The translations under genes were made by a program, and so were the position numbers. Shown piece after piece: positions 1 to 12,915 of a stretch of 64,000 nt of DNA. This DNA is from Eledone cirrhosa. Taxonomy: Eukaryota. Numbering within the stretch: position 1 is the stretch's first letter; every line of letters starts with the position of its first letter. Below the pieces are notes generated by a model. That model made no database searches, was not told where the DNA came from, and saw only the letters and a program-made list of their open reading frames with translations. The DNA is taken from contig OZ024743.1 in NCBI GenBank assembly GCA_964016885.1, positions 349,370,001 through 349,434,000 on the forward strand. The letters run 5' to 3'.

Positions 1-480
1 CGTCTAACTCAGTACATGACCTGTCAGCAAACATGTCAAAACCGTCAAATACGATATCATTCGGAACGTCAATGAGCAGGTCATCCAGTAAAACACCCAA
101 AATGTCAGTGAAAACGTCAAGAAAAAGGTCGATCAAAAAGTTGACCAAAATCTCACACAAAGCGACCAAGTCAAGCAGGAAATCAGGAAACAAGTCCAAT
201 AACAATTCAACCAAGACGTCAAAGTAAAAGTCAAAGAATCAGTCAACCATCATTCGAAAAACAAATCAACCTACAAGAGAATCAACTCAACCAAAAAAAT
301 CAACCGATAATTCAATCCTACAGTCAAGTAACAATTCAAGCAATAAATAAATCAAAGAAGTCAGCCATTAAGTTAAGCAACATGCTAATGAAAACCCCAA
401 CCAAGAAAGCAACCAATAGTCTAAAATGCAACGGCAAATTCAACCAGCAAGTCAACGAACAAGTCATTCAACAATTAAAC
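1..480 (+). repeat. Degenerate 12-bp-period minisatellite (consensus ~GTCAACCAAGAA)
   Basis: Consecutive 12-mers, e.g. gtcaagaaaaag/gtcgatcaaaaa/gttgaccaaaat and gtcaagcaggaa/atcaggaaacaa/gtccaataacaa/ttcaaccaagac/gtcaaagtaaaa/gtcaaagaatca; runs off the window start. Confidence 0.6.
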
Positions 481-1375
481 TTAAAATCTCTCATGTAGAG
501 GGGGTTCACACCAAACATATGCATACCGTTGAAGTTCTCGGCATATCACTTTATTATCCTTATCGAAGTTGTCCTAGCAATTAGGAATAACTACCAGATT
601 AATTCGGAGTATTATCTAAAATAAACCAAGCTTATATCTAGAGCCTCAAACAAGAGCTTACGATTAAACACTCCTACTACGGACACTTGTAAGTGTTCAC
701 ATTACAGTTTGTACACATGCTCTACTAATCAGTGATCAGTGGAGTATATTTTTTTCTAGCTTTGATACTTTCAAGTTCAGAACAATTCAATCCGACAGGA
801 CAAATCGTCACACAATCTTTATTGTTAGAATAATTGACATGGAAACTAAACGTTGCCGTGAAAAGTGACACCTCTACAGTACTCCTGCTGCATCTAACAA
901 CAGTGATTTTATTTTCGACTACGTGTACTGAGCTATTTCCAAATTTCTATCACTTTTACATATTGTCTAAGTGAATGGATTCAAGTTGTAAGCTAGGAAT
1001 CGTTCCTCATATCGATAGGATCCCTTATGGATCTCCCGCCAATAAAAAAGTAGCAGGATTCAATTTCCCTCAACAAACTGCAGTAAAATACTTACGGTTT
1101 CACTAATAAATGAGTTATTATTTTTTTAATAAGTAACTTTAAGTGCACAAACACGTAACAAATCTGTCATGTATTACTCATATTGAAACGGTTTTATATC
1201 TTAGTCAAACTAGAACTTAATTGTAATGGAAATTTAATGTGCATGATATCTATATTAGATACACACACCCACACATATGCACACACACACACACACATAC
1301 ACACACACATACACACACACATACACACACACATATATATATACCTGTACATATAAATATAATAATAATAATAAT

Positions 1376-1549
1376 ATTGGTTTCTACTTTGGCACAAGGC
1401 CAGCAATTACCTCAATGCATTATTTTATCGATCCCGTAAAGATAAAAGGTAAAGTTAATATTGGTGGGATTGGAACTCAGAACTTTAAGGGCCATAATTC
1501 TATGCTGCAAAGCTTGTATCTGACGCTCTACCGATACTGCCAATCCGCC
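1376..1549 (-). mobile_element. tRNA-derived SINE (family S), (TTA)n tail
   Basis: Reverse complement matches copies at 45911, 58391 and 59209: ggattggcagtatcggtagag...ctgagttc...tggccttgtgccaaagtagaaac. Confidence 0.85.
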
Positions 1550-1799
1550 GAATAATAATGCGTCTAGAATGGCCTATCTCAAGCAACAATCTCCAAATCA
1601 TCCAATTGGATTACCAAGCAACCAAGATCAACCGGGCTTAGTGACGCACTCATCTATCTTGGTCATGAGCTACCACTGGGTTTCTGGTCGATTGAATTTG
1701 CCCTTGAAATCTGTTCATCAATTATTTCATTAGACATTCTAATCACATGTCCGTAGTACTAGAGCCATAATATCATGAATCGGAGATGTAGAGACTCTA

Positions 1800-2960
1800 C
1801 CTGGGACGACTACGTTATCTCTTTGCCACGCAGTCTATCGATTAACGTTACACCAGAAACCATTCGGAGGAAACCGTTTTCGGCCGCTTGTATTTGTGAT
1901 CGTATACTTTCGGTCATTACCCAAGATGTCTGACTATAGTTAAGGTTATGTACCGAATTGTGGATAGCAAGTTTAGTTTTTTTCTCCTGATAACCGAGTG
2001 GTGAAGCTGGTGCGTTACTGCTCAAGCTTCAGCAATTAATCTATAAAATCGGCCCCCTGCGATGCAGCACTCGGCAGCAAACATATCCATTGCATGAAGG
2101 AGATAGCTTTCTGATGAGTTAAGTAATACCTAGTTGTCTGCAAATTCCCACCAAATGATCCCACACACAACGGTTTTGATACAACTTTCAACACGACATT
2201 TTGCGCCAGCGTTACGAGTTCAAAAAGTATGATTTATATCCAAGCCAAGATTTCTAAGCCTCCTTCACTGCTCGGATGGCATATTTAACATCCTGATTGA
2301 AACTAGGTTCGTCCTGTCACTTGGTGCCACACCTATCTGATTTCAACCTCAGGATTTACGAGCTGAAGCAGAAACTTCTCCAATCCAGTCTGCACTCTAT
2401 TTCAACCTTCTCAATTTGTTCAGATTTTTTTATGAAAGTGGATGCAATAATATCCGTATACTTGCTCCTGAAATTTTCATCCGCCAGCCCTTATCCTGGA
2501 GGTCACGTTGGACCTGCCAGATTTGAGGGCTTTCTTGAATTTAGTTAGTCACAGGCTGCAAATAACTAGCGGTCTTCAGTTGACACCATCCTACCTCTTT
2601 TAATATGAACATTTATCACAGAATCCAAGGCATTAGAGACAATATAAAAACCTATTACTAATCTCTATCTCTGGTTCCCCTTAAGCGATGTATACTTTGG
2701 GTATATTTGTGCTAAAAGGTATTCATAATAGATAACCCATTACTAGAACAAAAGTCAATGTATGTCATCACTGCCTTTACCATATCAAAAACATTTTAAA
2801 GATGTTTTCTTATTGCAGATCTATAAGGATTGCGATGACGGTACAAAACATCAATATTGATAGAAGGTTCAGTCGCAAATTTACATATAAAACCCTGACC
2901 CAATTTCATTTTCAGTGGATACACATTCCAGACACTACACAGTCACTGACACCCTCGGGA
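1800..2960 (-). mobile_element. Decayed RTE-clade LINE
   Basis: Minus-strand peptide SWVMTESIRSQIQAAENGFLRMVSGVTLIDRLR (RTE post-RT region). At ~2560-2790, DFCSSNGLSIMNTF...VINVHIKRGRMVSTEDR resembles the RTE APE domain. Many stops and frameshifts. Confidence 0.65.
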
Positions 2961-3624
2961 AACAAAAGAACTTTACTTATTTCCCATCTCTCTCATTCTT
3001 TTGAATAAATATAGGGACTAATAAAACAGGAGAAACACCGTGCATCCTTAGAAGATTTCTAATGTTTTAGATACCGCAAATATCAAGAGATCACTTCATC
3101 AATTCTACTTAGCTCTAGAATAACAGCTTCATTTCATTATATCAACACTGTCATCGGTAACACTGCCACTACCAATAACATCGGCACCGACAACATTAAC
3201 ACATACACAACACCTGGCATATCACCGCAAATTTATCACCACAATCACTGCCACAATCATCATCATGCATATGAACAGAATAATACAAGAGCCAGTGGGG
3301 CAGCCTCTGCATAGTCACTTGACCTATTAGAAAGTACACCAAGAGTGGGATCATAAATACACGCTGTCTGAAAAAATACAAGTAAGGAGACAATTGTAAG
3401 TCTTCTACAATGGCTGGCCTGAGGCTAAATAACAAGTAGAGCGATTCAAATGGGCGACTTTTGAGGGTAGCTTCTCTAGACATACCTCTCCCCTCTTAAC
3501 TGCTTTATACCTTTCTGCCTATATTCTTTTCATAGCATATACATGCTAATACCAAAACCAAAAGTGTATTGTTTTTCATAGAAGTCTATATATATAGCAA
3601 GATAGATCGAATTTTAGATATTGA

Positions 3625-3885
3625 CTACACCACCCATGACCCGGTGGATCACCTTCACTACAAAATATTTTTTTAAAATCATGTTCACTTAAAAATAGTT
3701 TTTTTAAATAATTAACATATACACAGACATGTATATAATCTGAAATGAAACTGAAAGGCCCATATATATACGTAAGTGAATGTATATATATTAATGTGTT
3801 TGCATATATACATATATACACATATATATGTATGTGGGGGTGTGTGTCTGATATATATATATATGCACTGGTCATAGACACACGC

Positions 3886-3928
<43 letters not shown>

Positions 3929-3982
3929 CACAAAACACCAACACCAGCTCTCGCTCTCTTCCATTCTCCTTCTCTGTCTACT

Positions 3983-4014
<32 letters not shown>

Positions 4015-4480
4015 CCTCTCTCTCTCTGTCTCTCTTTCAATCTACTCTCTCACAACCACATTCTCATTCTCTCTTTCTCTCTGTTTATGAAGTTACTCGG
4101 AAAAACACCCGTGCTCCGTGTTACGCGAAACTTCCTTTATGTGTTCCCATTTCAGGGCAACTTCCTTTCAAAGTATTTTCCCATTATGCGCTCTTTTGGC
4201 CGTATTACATTATAGACAAGCAAGCAAGCAAGCAATCACAGAGTTTTAGTATTATACGAGACCACACGTGACCCGTAATGCCATGTTCACTTCAAAATAT
4301 TTTTTTCAAAATCAGGTTCATTTAAGAATATTTTTTAAATAATTAAAATATACGCAGACATGTATATAATGTGAAATGAAACTGAAAGGCCCATATATAT
4401 ACGTGTGTGTATGTATATATATATATGTGTGTGTTTGTATGCATATATATATATATGTGTGTATATATGTGTATGTATAT

Positions 4481-4537
<57 letters not shown>

Positions 4538-4860
4538 AACACATATATATAGGCCTTCCAGTTTCGTTTCACATCATATACCTCTGTGTATATTTTAATT
4601 ATTTAAAAATTATTTTTAAGTGAACATGGTTGTTTTTAAATGTTTTGAAGTAAACATGGCCAAACGGGTCGCGGGTTGTGTAGTATAATACTAAAAGTCT
4701 GTGATTGCTTGCTTGCTTGTCTGTAATGTATAACAACCAAAGGGCACATAATGGGAAAATACTTTGAAAGGAAGTTGCCCCTGAAATGGGAATACAGATG
4801 GAATAAAGTTTCGCGTAAATCGGAGCAGGTGTTCTCGATATATAGGATTTTTCCGAGGGC
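3625..4860. mobile_element. Tandem plus inverted cluster of a ~600-bp non-coding element, probable non-autonomous Helitron
   Basis: 3680-3770 is repeated at 4315-4400; 4100-4395 is inverted at 4550-4835; homologous to the stand-alone copy at 54941-55588. Confidence 0.55.
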
Positions 4861-5429
4861 CTTCAAATTTGGGCAAAATAGCCAGTTTGGTAGATGTTAA
4901 TAGAGTACAAGACATAGAGACAATACCTTTTTGCCTATTATGTTGCAAATCCGTATTCCTATATTAAAAATTACAGGCATCAATTGCCCTGTTTTGACTC
5001 AAATGTAATGTTAATTCAAACTTTAATTATTGATTTATAAAACGGAACCAATTCCACTAAGGGGTACATTTAAGCCAGACGGAATTCCTTGACGCCACAA
5101 CTCTGAACATAGGCACTGTAGATGATACATTCAACAAACCGTTTGTAAAAATTTCTAAAGAATAACGATCCAACGAACAACATAGAAATACACCAAAAAC
5201 GGCAATAGCTTCTCAGTTCAAAGTAATGTGTTATACTCAAATTCAAAGCACTAACAACACAACGAAGAAAAGAAACAAATGTTATCAAACAACGGAGTAC
5301 TAGATCCGAAGATTTGGTAGAACTACAGACAAAGTACTTTGCAGTTTTTATCTACATCCCATTACCTTCTGAATTCCAATCACGTTAAAGTAACATGTCT
5401 TATATATATTAAGCAGTTTAGAGTTAGTT

Positions 5430-6040
5430 GTGTCACTGCGGATTCACCGCGGACCTTTTCGGCCTCCACCCGCTTTAATGTCGCCACAGTGCCGGCCGCC
5501 TTCCATGCTGCCCTCCACGAGGTCATAAAGCATGGCTTGGACACTGCTTGGACCATCTTCCCGTTCCGCGGTGGCAAACCCCTCGTCTGGGATGCCACTT
5601 GCAGCGACACTTTCTGCAGCCACAACCTGGTGCAGTCTGCGATTAACCCGGGTTTTGCTGCACGTGGAGCTGAAGAGGCTAATCTCCTTAAATACCGGTC
5701 GCTCTCCGACAGGTTTGTTGTTGTACCCCTGGCAGTGGAGACTTCTGGTGTCCTTGGCCCTAGAGCTATCTCCGTACTCACCACCATAGGCGTTGAGCTG
5801 GCCAGCCGCAGGTGTGAGTCCCGCGAGTTGGAGTGGATTTTCCAGCACGTCTCCCTTGCTGTCCACTGTGGAAACGCCTTCTCCATTCTGACTGCCGGGG
5901 CTGTGGGGGGCCCCATCGCGTATCATTCCACATGTAGTTGTGGTCAGTGTGTGTGTGTTTGTATATATTGCTTTTGTTTTCATTTAGCATCATGTCATTC
6001 TTCATTGCTTTTCTCTAATATTACCTTCCATTAAAATAAA
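5430..6040 (+). mobile_element. 3' fragment of CRE-clade non-LTR retrotransposon (Zn knuckle plus restriction-like endonuclease)
   Basis: CGFTADLFGLHPL*C...HAALHEVIK then GKPLVWDATCSDT...AEEANLLKYRSL...VPLAVETSGVLG...QHVSLAVHCGNA, typical CRE RLE motifs; AATAAA at ~6035. Confidence 0.75.
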
Positions 6041-6299
6041 GTAACTTTTACTCGCTTCAATCAACTATAGCCGTGAAAGCAGCACATCGGCATGGCTTTT
6101 TTTCTAATTAGGGAAAACAATAAATGAATGTGTGGATAAAATAACTAGACAACAAATGTATACAGGAAAGAATACCAAAAATGACAGTGGGAAACTAGCG
6201 GCCATGTGTACATATCATAATCTACGTCATTAATAATATCATTAACAACAACTGACAGAACTTACAGACCATATCACAATAACAGCATGAAGTAACATA

Positions 6300-6640
6300 G
6301 TCACACTCTAGTTGGAAACATCCGCACAAGAAACCCAGAGGAGGAGACAAAGATAAAACTACAAGAATATAGATCCTTCGAATAATTCCTGATATTAGCG
6401 CATTCCTTCCACCAGAAACATTAAACAGAGCACCCTATTATAAAAGGTGGAATAGAGAGTTGTGTTAACCATTTATAAGACAACAAAAATACTCAGCATG
6501 AGAAATTATCCCAAGACCAGAAGCTCATCGAAGGAGTACATGCCAATTTTATGTAGCGTTGAGTGTGAGTACATGACTATACACTGGACGGTATAATGTT
6601 TCCAGCTTAGCAAAACCCGAGCAACCTAAAATGATGCGCC
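6300..6640 (+). mobile_element. Possible highly decayed CR1/L2-like LINE fragment
   Basis: KDQKLIEGVHANFM resembles the KDIELLERVQRRAT motif; otherwise degenerate. Confidence 0.25.
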
Positions 6641-7711
6641 TGGCTCAAGGGCACAGTACACAAATCCAGCATTATATATTAAAATAGAAAGTCCAGAGCA
6701 CTACTGCCCACCCAACATATATACGCAATCTTCACCAAGACAATATGAGAGCCTCTTTGTGATCACTAAAACTGCATTTGATCATAGATTTCCTAACAAT
6801 AACAAATCTACCAGTAACTACATGTTCAATAAGAAATATCTCTTAAACTGTTGAATTAACAGCCAAATCACATTCAAATTACATCCTATTGTCCTTAGAA
6901 AAGGACAGGCTGGGTAATGTAGTCTGAGATTTCTTTTACGTGGGTTAAAGACTGACGTAGGACTAAACAACAACAAAATCATAGTCAATAATAACATACC
7001 AATTCTACCACCTAAACAGTAGGCGTTACTATAAACTGCTCCAGACACAATTATAAACATCACCACCACCACCACCATATATTTATGTCAGTTACTTTAT
7101 GCCAGCTACTTCCACTAGCTACGTCATGAGATAACAAGACAAATGATTTATTGATAAAGATATGTGGGTGTTGAAGATTGTGTTTAGAAAACTGAACTGT
7201 TGCAGATGGAAGTGCGTCACGTGATACAGTAGTAGTAGTAGTAGTAGGAGGAGGAGGAGGAGGAGGAGGAGGAAGTCCAGAATCACCCAGAAATATTTGT
7301 GATTTTCACGAGATCTTAAATGTTATTATAACAAGAAAAAAGCTTGATTTTTCTAAGTGCATTTCGCACCATTTTGTTTAAAGAAGTTAACTAACAGATT
7401 TGCAAATATAGATCAACTATTTTCTAGATTTGGTCTTTAATGGTTCTCTTTTATTTTTTTACTCAGTATGACTAGGATTTCATAAGGTAATCTTATTTTT
7501 TCTGTTTTAAGATTCATGGGAGTGTTTTCATGTAAATTGACTGATATGCACAACCATGTATAAGCTCCAGGAGGATGGTTACCTATAACACTGGATATGA
7601 AAGAGCAACCCCAAAACATTCACAACTCATAGGCTATGAACTATGAACTATCATATTTTCAAAAGGTTTTTCACTTTCCCATGAAGTTTGAGCAGCCAAG
7701 GAAACCATTTC

Positions 7712-7782
<71 letters not shown>

Positions 7783-7925
7783 TTTCATACTGCATAAACC
7801 ATATGTTGGGTCAGTTGGAACAAAAGAGGGCACCACGATCTGGAAAGGAGGAAAGGCAGACTGGACCACGCTGCATTTAAACTTAGAATACAGAGACGAT
7901 CTAAGGACGATTTCAAATCGACCGC

Positions 7926-7968
<43 letters not shown>

Positions 7969-8048
7969 GAAGGAAATGTGGTAAGGAACCAGATGGACCA
8001 TAACGCACCAAAGTACTCAATACTTAGGGTAGTAGAGAGGATAATAGT

Positions 8049-8176
8049 AACGAGTAGGACCGCCGACGGCTGAGCTCAAGCCGTTTCGACGGCTAATTCT
8101 GGACTAAAGACTAAAGATTTAGTCCAGAATTAGCCGTCGAAACGGCTTGAGCTCAGCCGTCGGGGTCCTACTCGTT
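8049..8176. repeat. Near-perfect inverted repeat (~58-bp arms) containing HHR-like GAAA half; family also at 17517-17575 and 31178-31240
   Basis: aacgagtaggaccgccgacggctgagctcaagccgtttcgacggctaattctggactaaa ... tttagtccagaattagccgtcgaaacggcttgagctcagccgtcggggtcctactcgtt, followed by (TA)n. Confidence 0.85.
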
Positions 8177-8177
8177 C

Positions 8178-8214
<37 letters not shown>

Positions 8215-8266
8215 CACTATTTTACCTGCTTCAGCCATCCGGCTGAGGCTATGCTGGGGCACCACC

Positions 8267-8315
<49 letters not shown>

Positions 8316-9139
8316 CATTTTGGAATTTATTTTGCGAGATTTTTTATCTGAAAACGTGTTGAAATAGATATTGTTATACTTTGGGGGGGGGGGGGTTATG
8401 TTGCCAATAAAAACACACGCCCCTGATGGTTTTTACTTATATATTTTACGACTGGTTGGCTAGTTCGATAACCGGAACGTTGTTTATATATTGTCAAAGC
8501 TCTTTCGTCACACATTTTGTGACCTCCTCAGTAAATATGTTTTTATTTTCTCTCCCTCCTTTCTTCTATCCTACACCATCTTGATTTTGTGTGATTTTAG
8601 TGGCAAAGTGACACCCAAAAGTATAACAATATATATATATTTATATATTTATATATTTATATATCCGGTATATTAGTCATATTTGGCAATTTTAAATGCA
8701 TCATCTACTGCTATAACAAAAATAGATTGACATAATTCCTGTTTGGAGCACCAATGTCCGAAATAAATAAAATCGGTATAATCATTTGGTGAGATTAATT
8801 GTGCCATTCTTTACTTATAGAAAATAATTTTCTACGATTTTAGAATTTGCATTATTTTTTCGTTGTGAGATTCGGAAATGTTAGTATTGCTTTCAGATTC
8901 TCATCTCTTACACACTGAAACAACATTTGTAAAAAAATAAGATTTTGTGCTGTAATTGAGTTGTTTATTTGAAATACGTTCTGATTATTTATTACTTTTT
9001 ATTATTATTATTATTTCCAGGTAAGGTGTGATATTTGCATTCTCGTCTTGTAAATCTTCGCAGAGTTTACTGATAAAATTATACCTATATATATTCCAAT
9101 CAAGGCTTCAGTCACATCTTTTCACAATTGAAACAATGC

Positions 9140-9490
9140 CGCTTTTTCCGTATGGGTTTGTCCTTTCCCTGCTTAGTGATTTGAAACAAAAGTCATCCAA
9201 CTGAAACAATACCAGGTACAGCTTTTTGCGTTATTAACGGACTTAGCTAAAGAAAGTCAACTACTCTCAAATGCATGAAAATTGAAGCTGGCAAATTGAC
9301 CTACATATAAACAACAAAACCGAGTCTATCTTTCTTAAACAACGTCCATGTTTAGATTGAAATGGCCCAAGCTAAAAGTTGTGAAACATTTCAAATATTT
9401 TAGAGTTTATATAACAAACTCTGTGAAAGATAATAAATGTTTGTATAATACAAGCCGGGTTGGCATTTAATAAAATGGCAACAATATGGA
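9140..9490 (+). mobile_element. Decayed RTE-like RT fragment
   Basis: Remnants resembling GLHIN..KT, KVVKHFKYL and AFNKMATIW. Confidence 0.4.
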
Positions 9491-9499
9491 AATCGTAGA

Positions 9500-9860
9500 G
9501 CTATCTTTTGTATGCTGTATATATTTGTAGAGTTTTGGCTATGTAGTTGTATGTGTTATTTTTTTATCATTCCTGGAACCCCTATTATTATAGGCATTGG
9601 TTTGTTTTCATTTCCTACATTCTAGTTCTTTATATCTATAGATCTTTATATTTGGAGAGTTTTTCTATTTCATTGGAAGATATAGTTTCGTCTGTGGGAA
9701 ATGATACGTCTATTAGAAAGCATTTTTTTTCCTTTGACCTCTTTCACTATAATATCTGGTCGGTTGGTTTGGATCTCTCTGTCTGTATGTATTGTCATAT
9801 CCCAGAGAATAGTTGTTGTGTCATTCTCTGACACTTTTTCTGGTGTGTATGTACCAAAAA
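9500..9860 (-). mobile_element. R4/Dong-like non-LTR element, RLE-domain 3' fragment
   Basis: Minus strand WYIHTPEKVSENDTTTILWDMTIHTDREIQTNRPDIIVKEVKGKKCFLIDVSFP...KYKDL...PIIIGVPGMI, homologous to 35458-35946 and 37060-37462. Confidence 0.75.
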
Positions 9861-10047
9861 ATAATTATTAACAGATTTTTTATGGATAGCGACTATGGGG
9901 TAATACCAAACGTACAATACCACATAGGTAACCGGATCCACCTAGGCATCACGTGCTCAAACTGGTGAAACAATAGTAATTTAAACTTACTCATTTCATT
10001 CCAATTCCATCCCGTCTGTCTCTTCAATTTATTTTATTTCTCTTCTT

Positions 10048-10076
10048 CTGATGAAGGACTAGCGTCCGAAATGTTA
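10048..10076 (+). ncRNA. Minimal hammerhead ribozyme core (PLE-type)
   Basis: CTGATGA-A-GGAC-tagc-GTCC-GAAA-tgtta; stem I not evident. Confidence 0.55.
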
Positions 10077-10234
10077 CGACCCCTTCCTGCTATTTCAAGC
10101 TTAAACCTAATATATTCCTTCCATATACTGTACCGATTTGTTGTTATTTCTGTTTACCTTTTACACACACACACACACATATATATATATTTATATTTGG
10201 CCGGAGTATCGCTAAAAAGCTTTCTCCGATATTG

Positions 10235-10306
<72 letters not shown>

Positions 10307-10336
10307 AAAGAATAGAGGTGTAACACACGAGTTGTG

Positions 10337-10707
10337 ATATATGAGTAAAAGGAAAAGAAAATGCTGAAAAATTTTTCGCAGTGAAAAATAGTTTAATTAG
10401 GAATAAGTGAGAATTAGTAATAGTATTGGTTAGTATTCAGTTTTGGTTTTAAGTTTTACCGGTTGCGCATTTCTAATGCTTTTCAAAAATAACTTTGAGA
10501 TAGAGCGTCCGTGATGTTTGCTCTAATCTGAGCAAACATCACGGACTCTCTATCTCAAAATTATTTTTGAAAAGCATTAGAAATGCGCAGCCGGTAAAAC
10601 TTAAAACCAAAACTGAATACTAACCAATACTATTACTAATTCTCACTTATTCCTAATTAAACTATTTTTCACTGTGAACAATTTGTCAGCATTTTCTTTT
10701 CCGTTTA

Positions 10708-10715
<8 letters not shown>
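10337..10715. repeat. Long palindrome (~185-bp arms) between (TA)n tracts
   Basis: Centre gtgatgtttgctc-taatct-gagcaaacatcac (10511-10542); arms match with few mismatches. Confidence 0.9.
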
Positions 10716-10741
<26 letters not shown>

Positions 10742-10746
<5 letters not shown>

Positions 10747-11285
10747 TATTAAAAACATAATGAATTAACAAAGAAACAGTTTCTTATATTAAACAAAAAA
10801 AGTTCATTATTTTACGATCGTTTCTAGGACATATATGTGTTAGAATTGGTATGCATATTCAAAAGATCTATGTACAAAATTATACAAACTATCAGAGTGA
10901 ATATACATACCTTCACATATATATGCTGTCTTCAGAAATAATGATGCTTGTTTATTGATAATAAACAAGCATCAGTATTGATAATAAACAAGCATCATAA
11001 TAAACAAGCATCATTATTTCTGAAGACAGCATTTGAATATGCATACCAATTCTAACACATATATGTCCTAGAAACGATCGTAAAATAATGAACTTTTTTT
11101 GTTTATTATAAGGAACTGTTTCTTTGTTTATTCATTATTTTTTTAATAATTTATCTTGACTCTGTTTTCCGTTTATCTTTCACCGAAAGTGATTTTTGAA
11201 TGCATCTCTTCTTTTCATGATATCCGGATTACATTGAGTTCTTCATACGGATTGGACACTACCGTAAACTTTTGGTAGATTTATC

Positions 11286-11290
<5 letters not shown>
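10742..11290. mobile_element. Inverted-repeat PLE pLTR/retrozyme-like insertion (family B) with HHRs on both arms and a 3' tail
   Basis: 10742-10955 is inverted at ~10997-11153 (right arm has an internal deletion); tail 11220-11290 is shared with 47545-47607; flanked by (TA)n. Confidence 0.8.
11011..11091 (+). ncRNA. Type I hammerhead ribozyme
   Basis: Stem I TCATTATTT/AAATAATGA (9 bp), core CTGAAGA (11020-11026), GAAA (11071), palindromic stem III ACGATCGT, predicted GUA cleavage; mirror copy on - strand ~10804-10944 has a longer stem II. Confidence 0.75.
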
Positions 11291-11361
<71 letters not shown>

Positions 11362-11841
11362 CATATATATATAATTTTAAGTTCCATTGTGAAACCATAA
11401 TACCTAGACCGGAATTAAGTATATATTCCCGGATGATGGTCAATTCTTCGCGGATGATGATCAATTCTATTGTCCAAGCATAAATTAGGAGTATTATCGA
11501 AATTCATTAAAGCTTGTACTCTGCCACTACCAGAAAGTTTCGGACGACTGCTGCTAGCCTGGCAGTAAACTATAACTTACTGGCTGGCATGAACCGTGCG
11601 ACCGTGTCACCTTCCTGCCGGGATGAGGGAGATTGGTTGGGGTGGCATCCTAGGCTAGTTTCGTCGTGTTTTTGGTAGTAGTTAGATAGTCCACTTCCTT
11701 CACATTTGCGCTTGCGCATAGCCTTGGAGAAGATTTAGGGCTCACGGGGAACGGGCGAAGGCTTCAAAAACATCATTTTTGTCCGTTCCTTTGTCGGTTT
11801 AACTTGGATTGACTTGAGAGCGTAACTGTATTATGTAATAA

Positions 11842-11916
11842 GCTGTCTGATGAGATTATGGCACTGGGCACTCTGAATCGCATGGCCACTGCCGTCATTG
11901 AAATGTGTATCACGGC
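11842..11916 (+). ncRNA. Type I hammerhead ribozyme
   Basis: GCTGT-CTGATGA-GATTATGGCA...TGCCGTCATT-GAAA-TGTGTATC-ACGGC; stems I and II pair, predicted AUC cleavage triplet. Confidence 0.75.
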
Positions 11917-12569
11917 CTTATCATTAAAGGACTTTAACATCTGAAACTACTTCGCATTTTCTTATTCTATATATATTCATATATATGTATAGAAAGAGAG
12001 AGAGAGAGAGCGGAAAAGAGGAAAATAGATAGGCATATAGATAGATATATAGATAGATGTTTTCATGTGTATTAGTTTCTCTCTCTCTCTCCTCTCTCTT
12101 TTACCCCTCCCCCTCTCTATCTCCCTCTCTCCCCTCTCACCTATCTCTCTGTTTGTTTATGTGCACGTTTATGTGTATGCGTGTGTTTTTTGTCCATATA
12201 CAGCAAATCTAATAATTATCTAAACACAACTCCCATAGTCAATACAGCAACAATGCTAACAATTATAACAAATGAAGTTACTACACAACAAACCGCATGA
12301 TAATTCTTGAAAAACTACTGGTGCTTGAGAAATGCATGTTTGAGTTTTGATAAGATCATTGATTATGTTAAGTGAGGACCTGCAGGTTGTAAAGAATTTC
12401 ACTACATAATAGGGATGGGGAGTAGCATTCCATATAACATGGTGATAGCACATGTTATATATGAATTGCTGTTATATTCCTGTTGGTGCTAGTTTTATTA
12501 TTGTTACAAGTTATCATTGTGTTTCTCTTGTTGTTGGTAGTGAAGGTGTTACTGTTAATGTTGTTACTG

Positions 12570-12915
12570 GTAGTGGAGGCGGTGGTGGTGGTGGTGGTGG
12601 TGGTGGTGGTGGTGGTGGTGAGGGTGGTGGTGGTCGTCGTGGTGTGGTTGGTGGTGTGGTATTGGTGGTGGTAGCAGTGGTGATGGTGGTGGTGGCGGTG
12701 TTAGTGGTGGTGGTGTCATGGCGTTGTGGAGGTGGTAGTGGTAGTGGTGGTGGTGGCAGTTGTGGTGGTAGTAGTGGTGGTGTTGGTGGTGGTGTTGGTG
12801 GTGTGGTCGTGGTGGTAGTGGTGGTGGTCGTGGTCGTGTACGTGGTGTGGTTGGTGGTGATGGTGATGGTGGTGGTTATGGTGCTGGTGGTGGAAATGGT
12901 TGTGGTGGTGGTAGT
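12570..12915. repeat. Imperfect (GGT)n microsatellite
   Basis: Direct reading. Confidence 0.9.

Noticed and set aside
10955-11012. Short direct repeats resembling a CRISPR-like array
   Set aside because: Three near-adjacent copies without real spacers at a palindrome centre in eukaryotic DNA.
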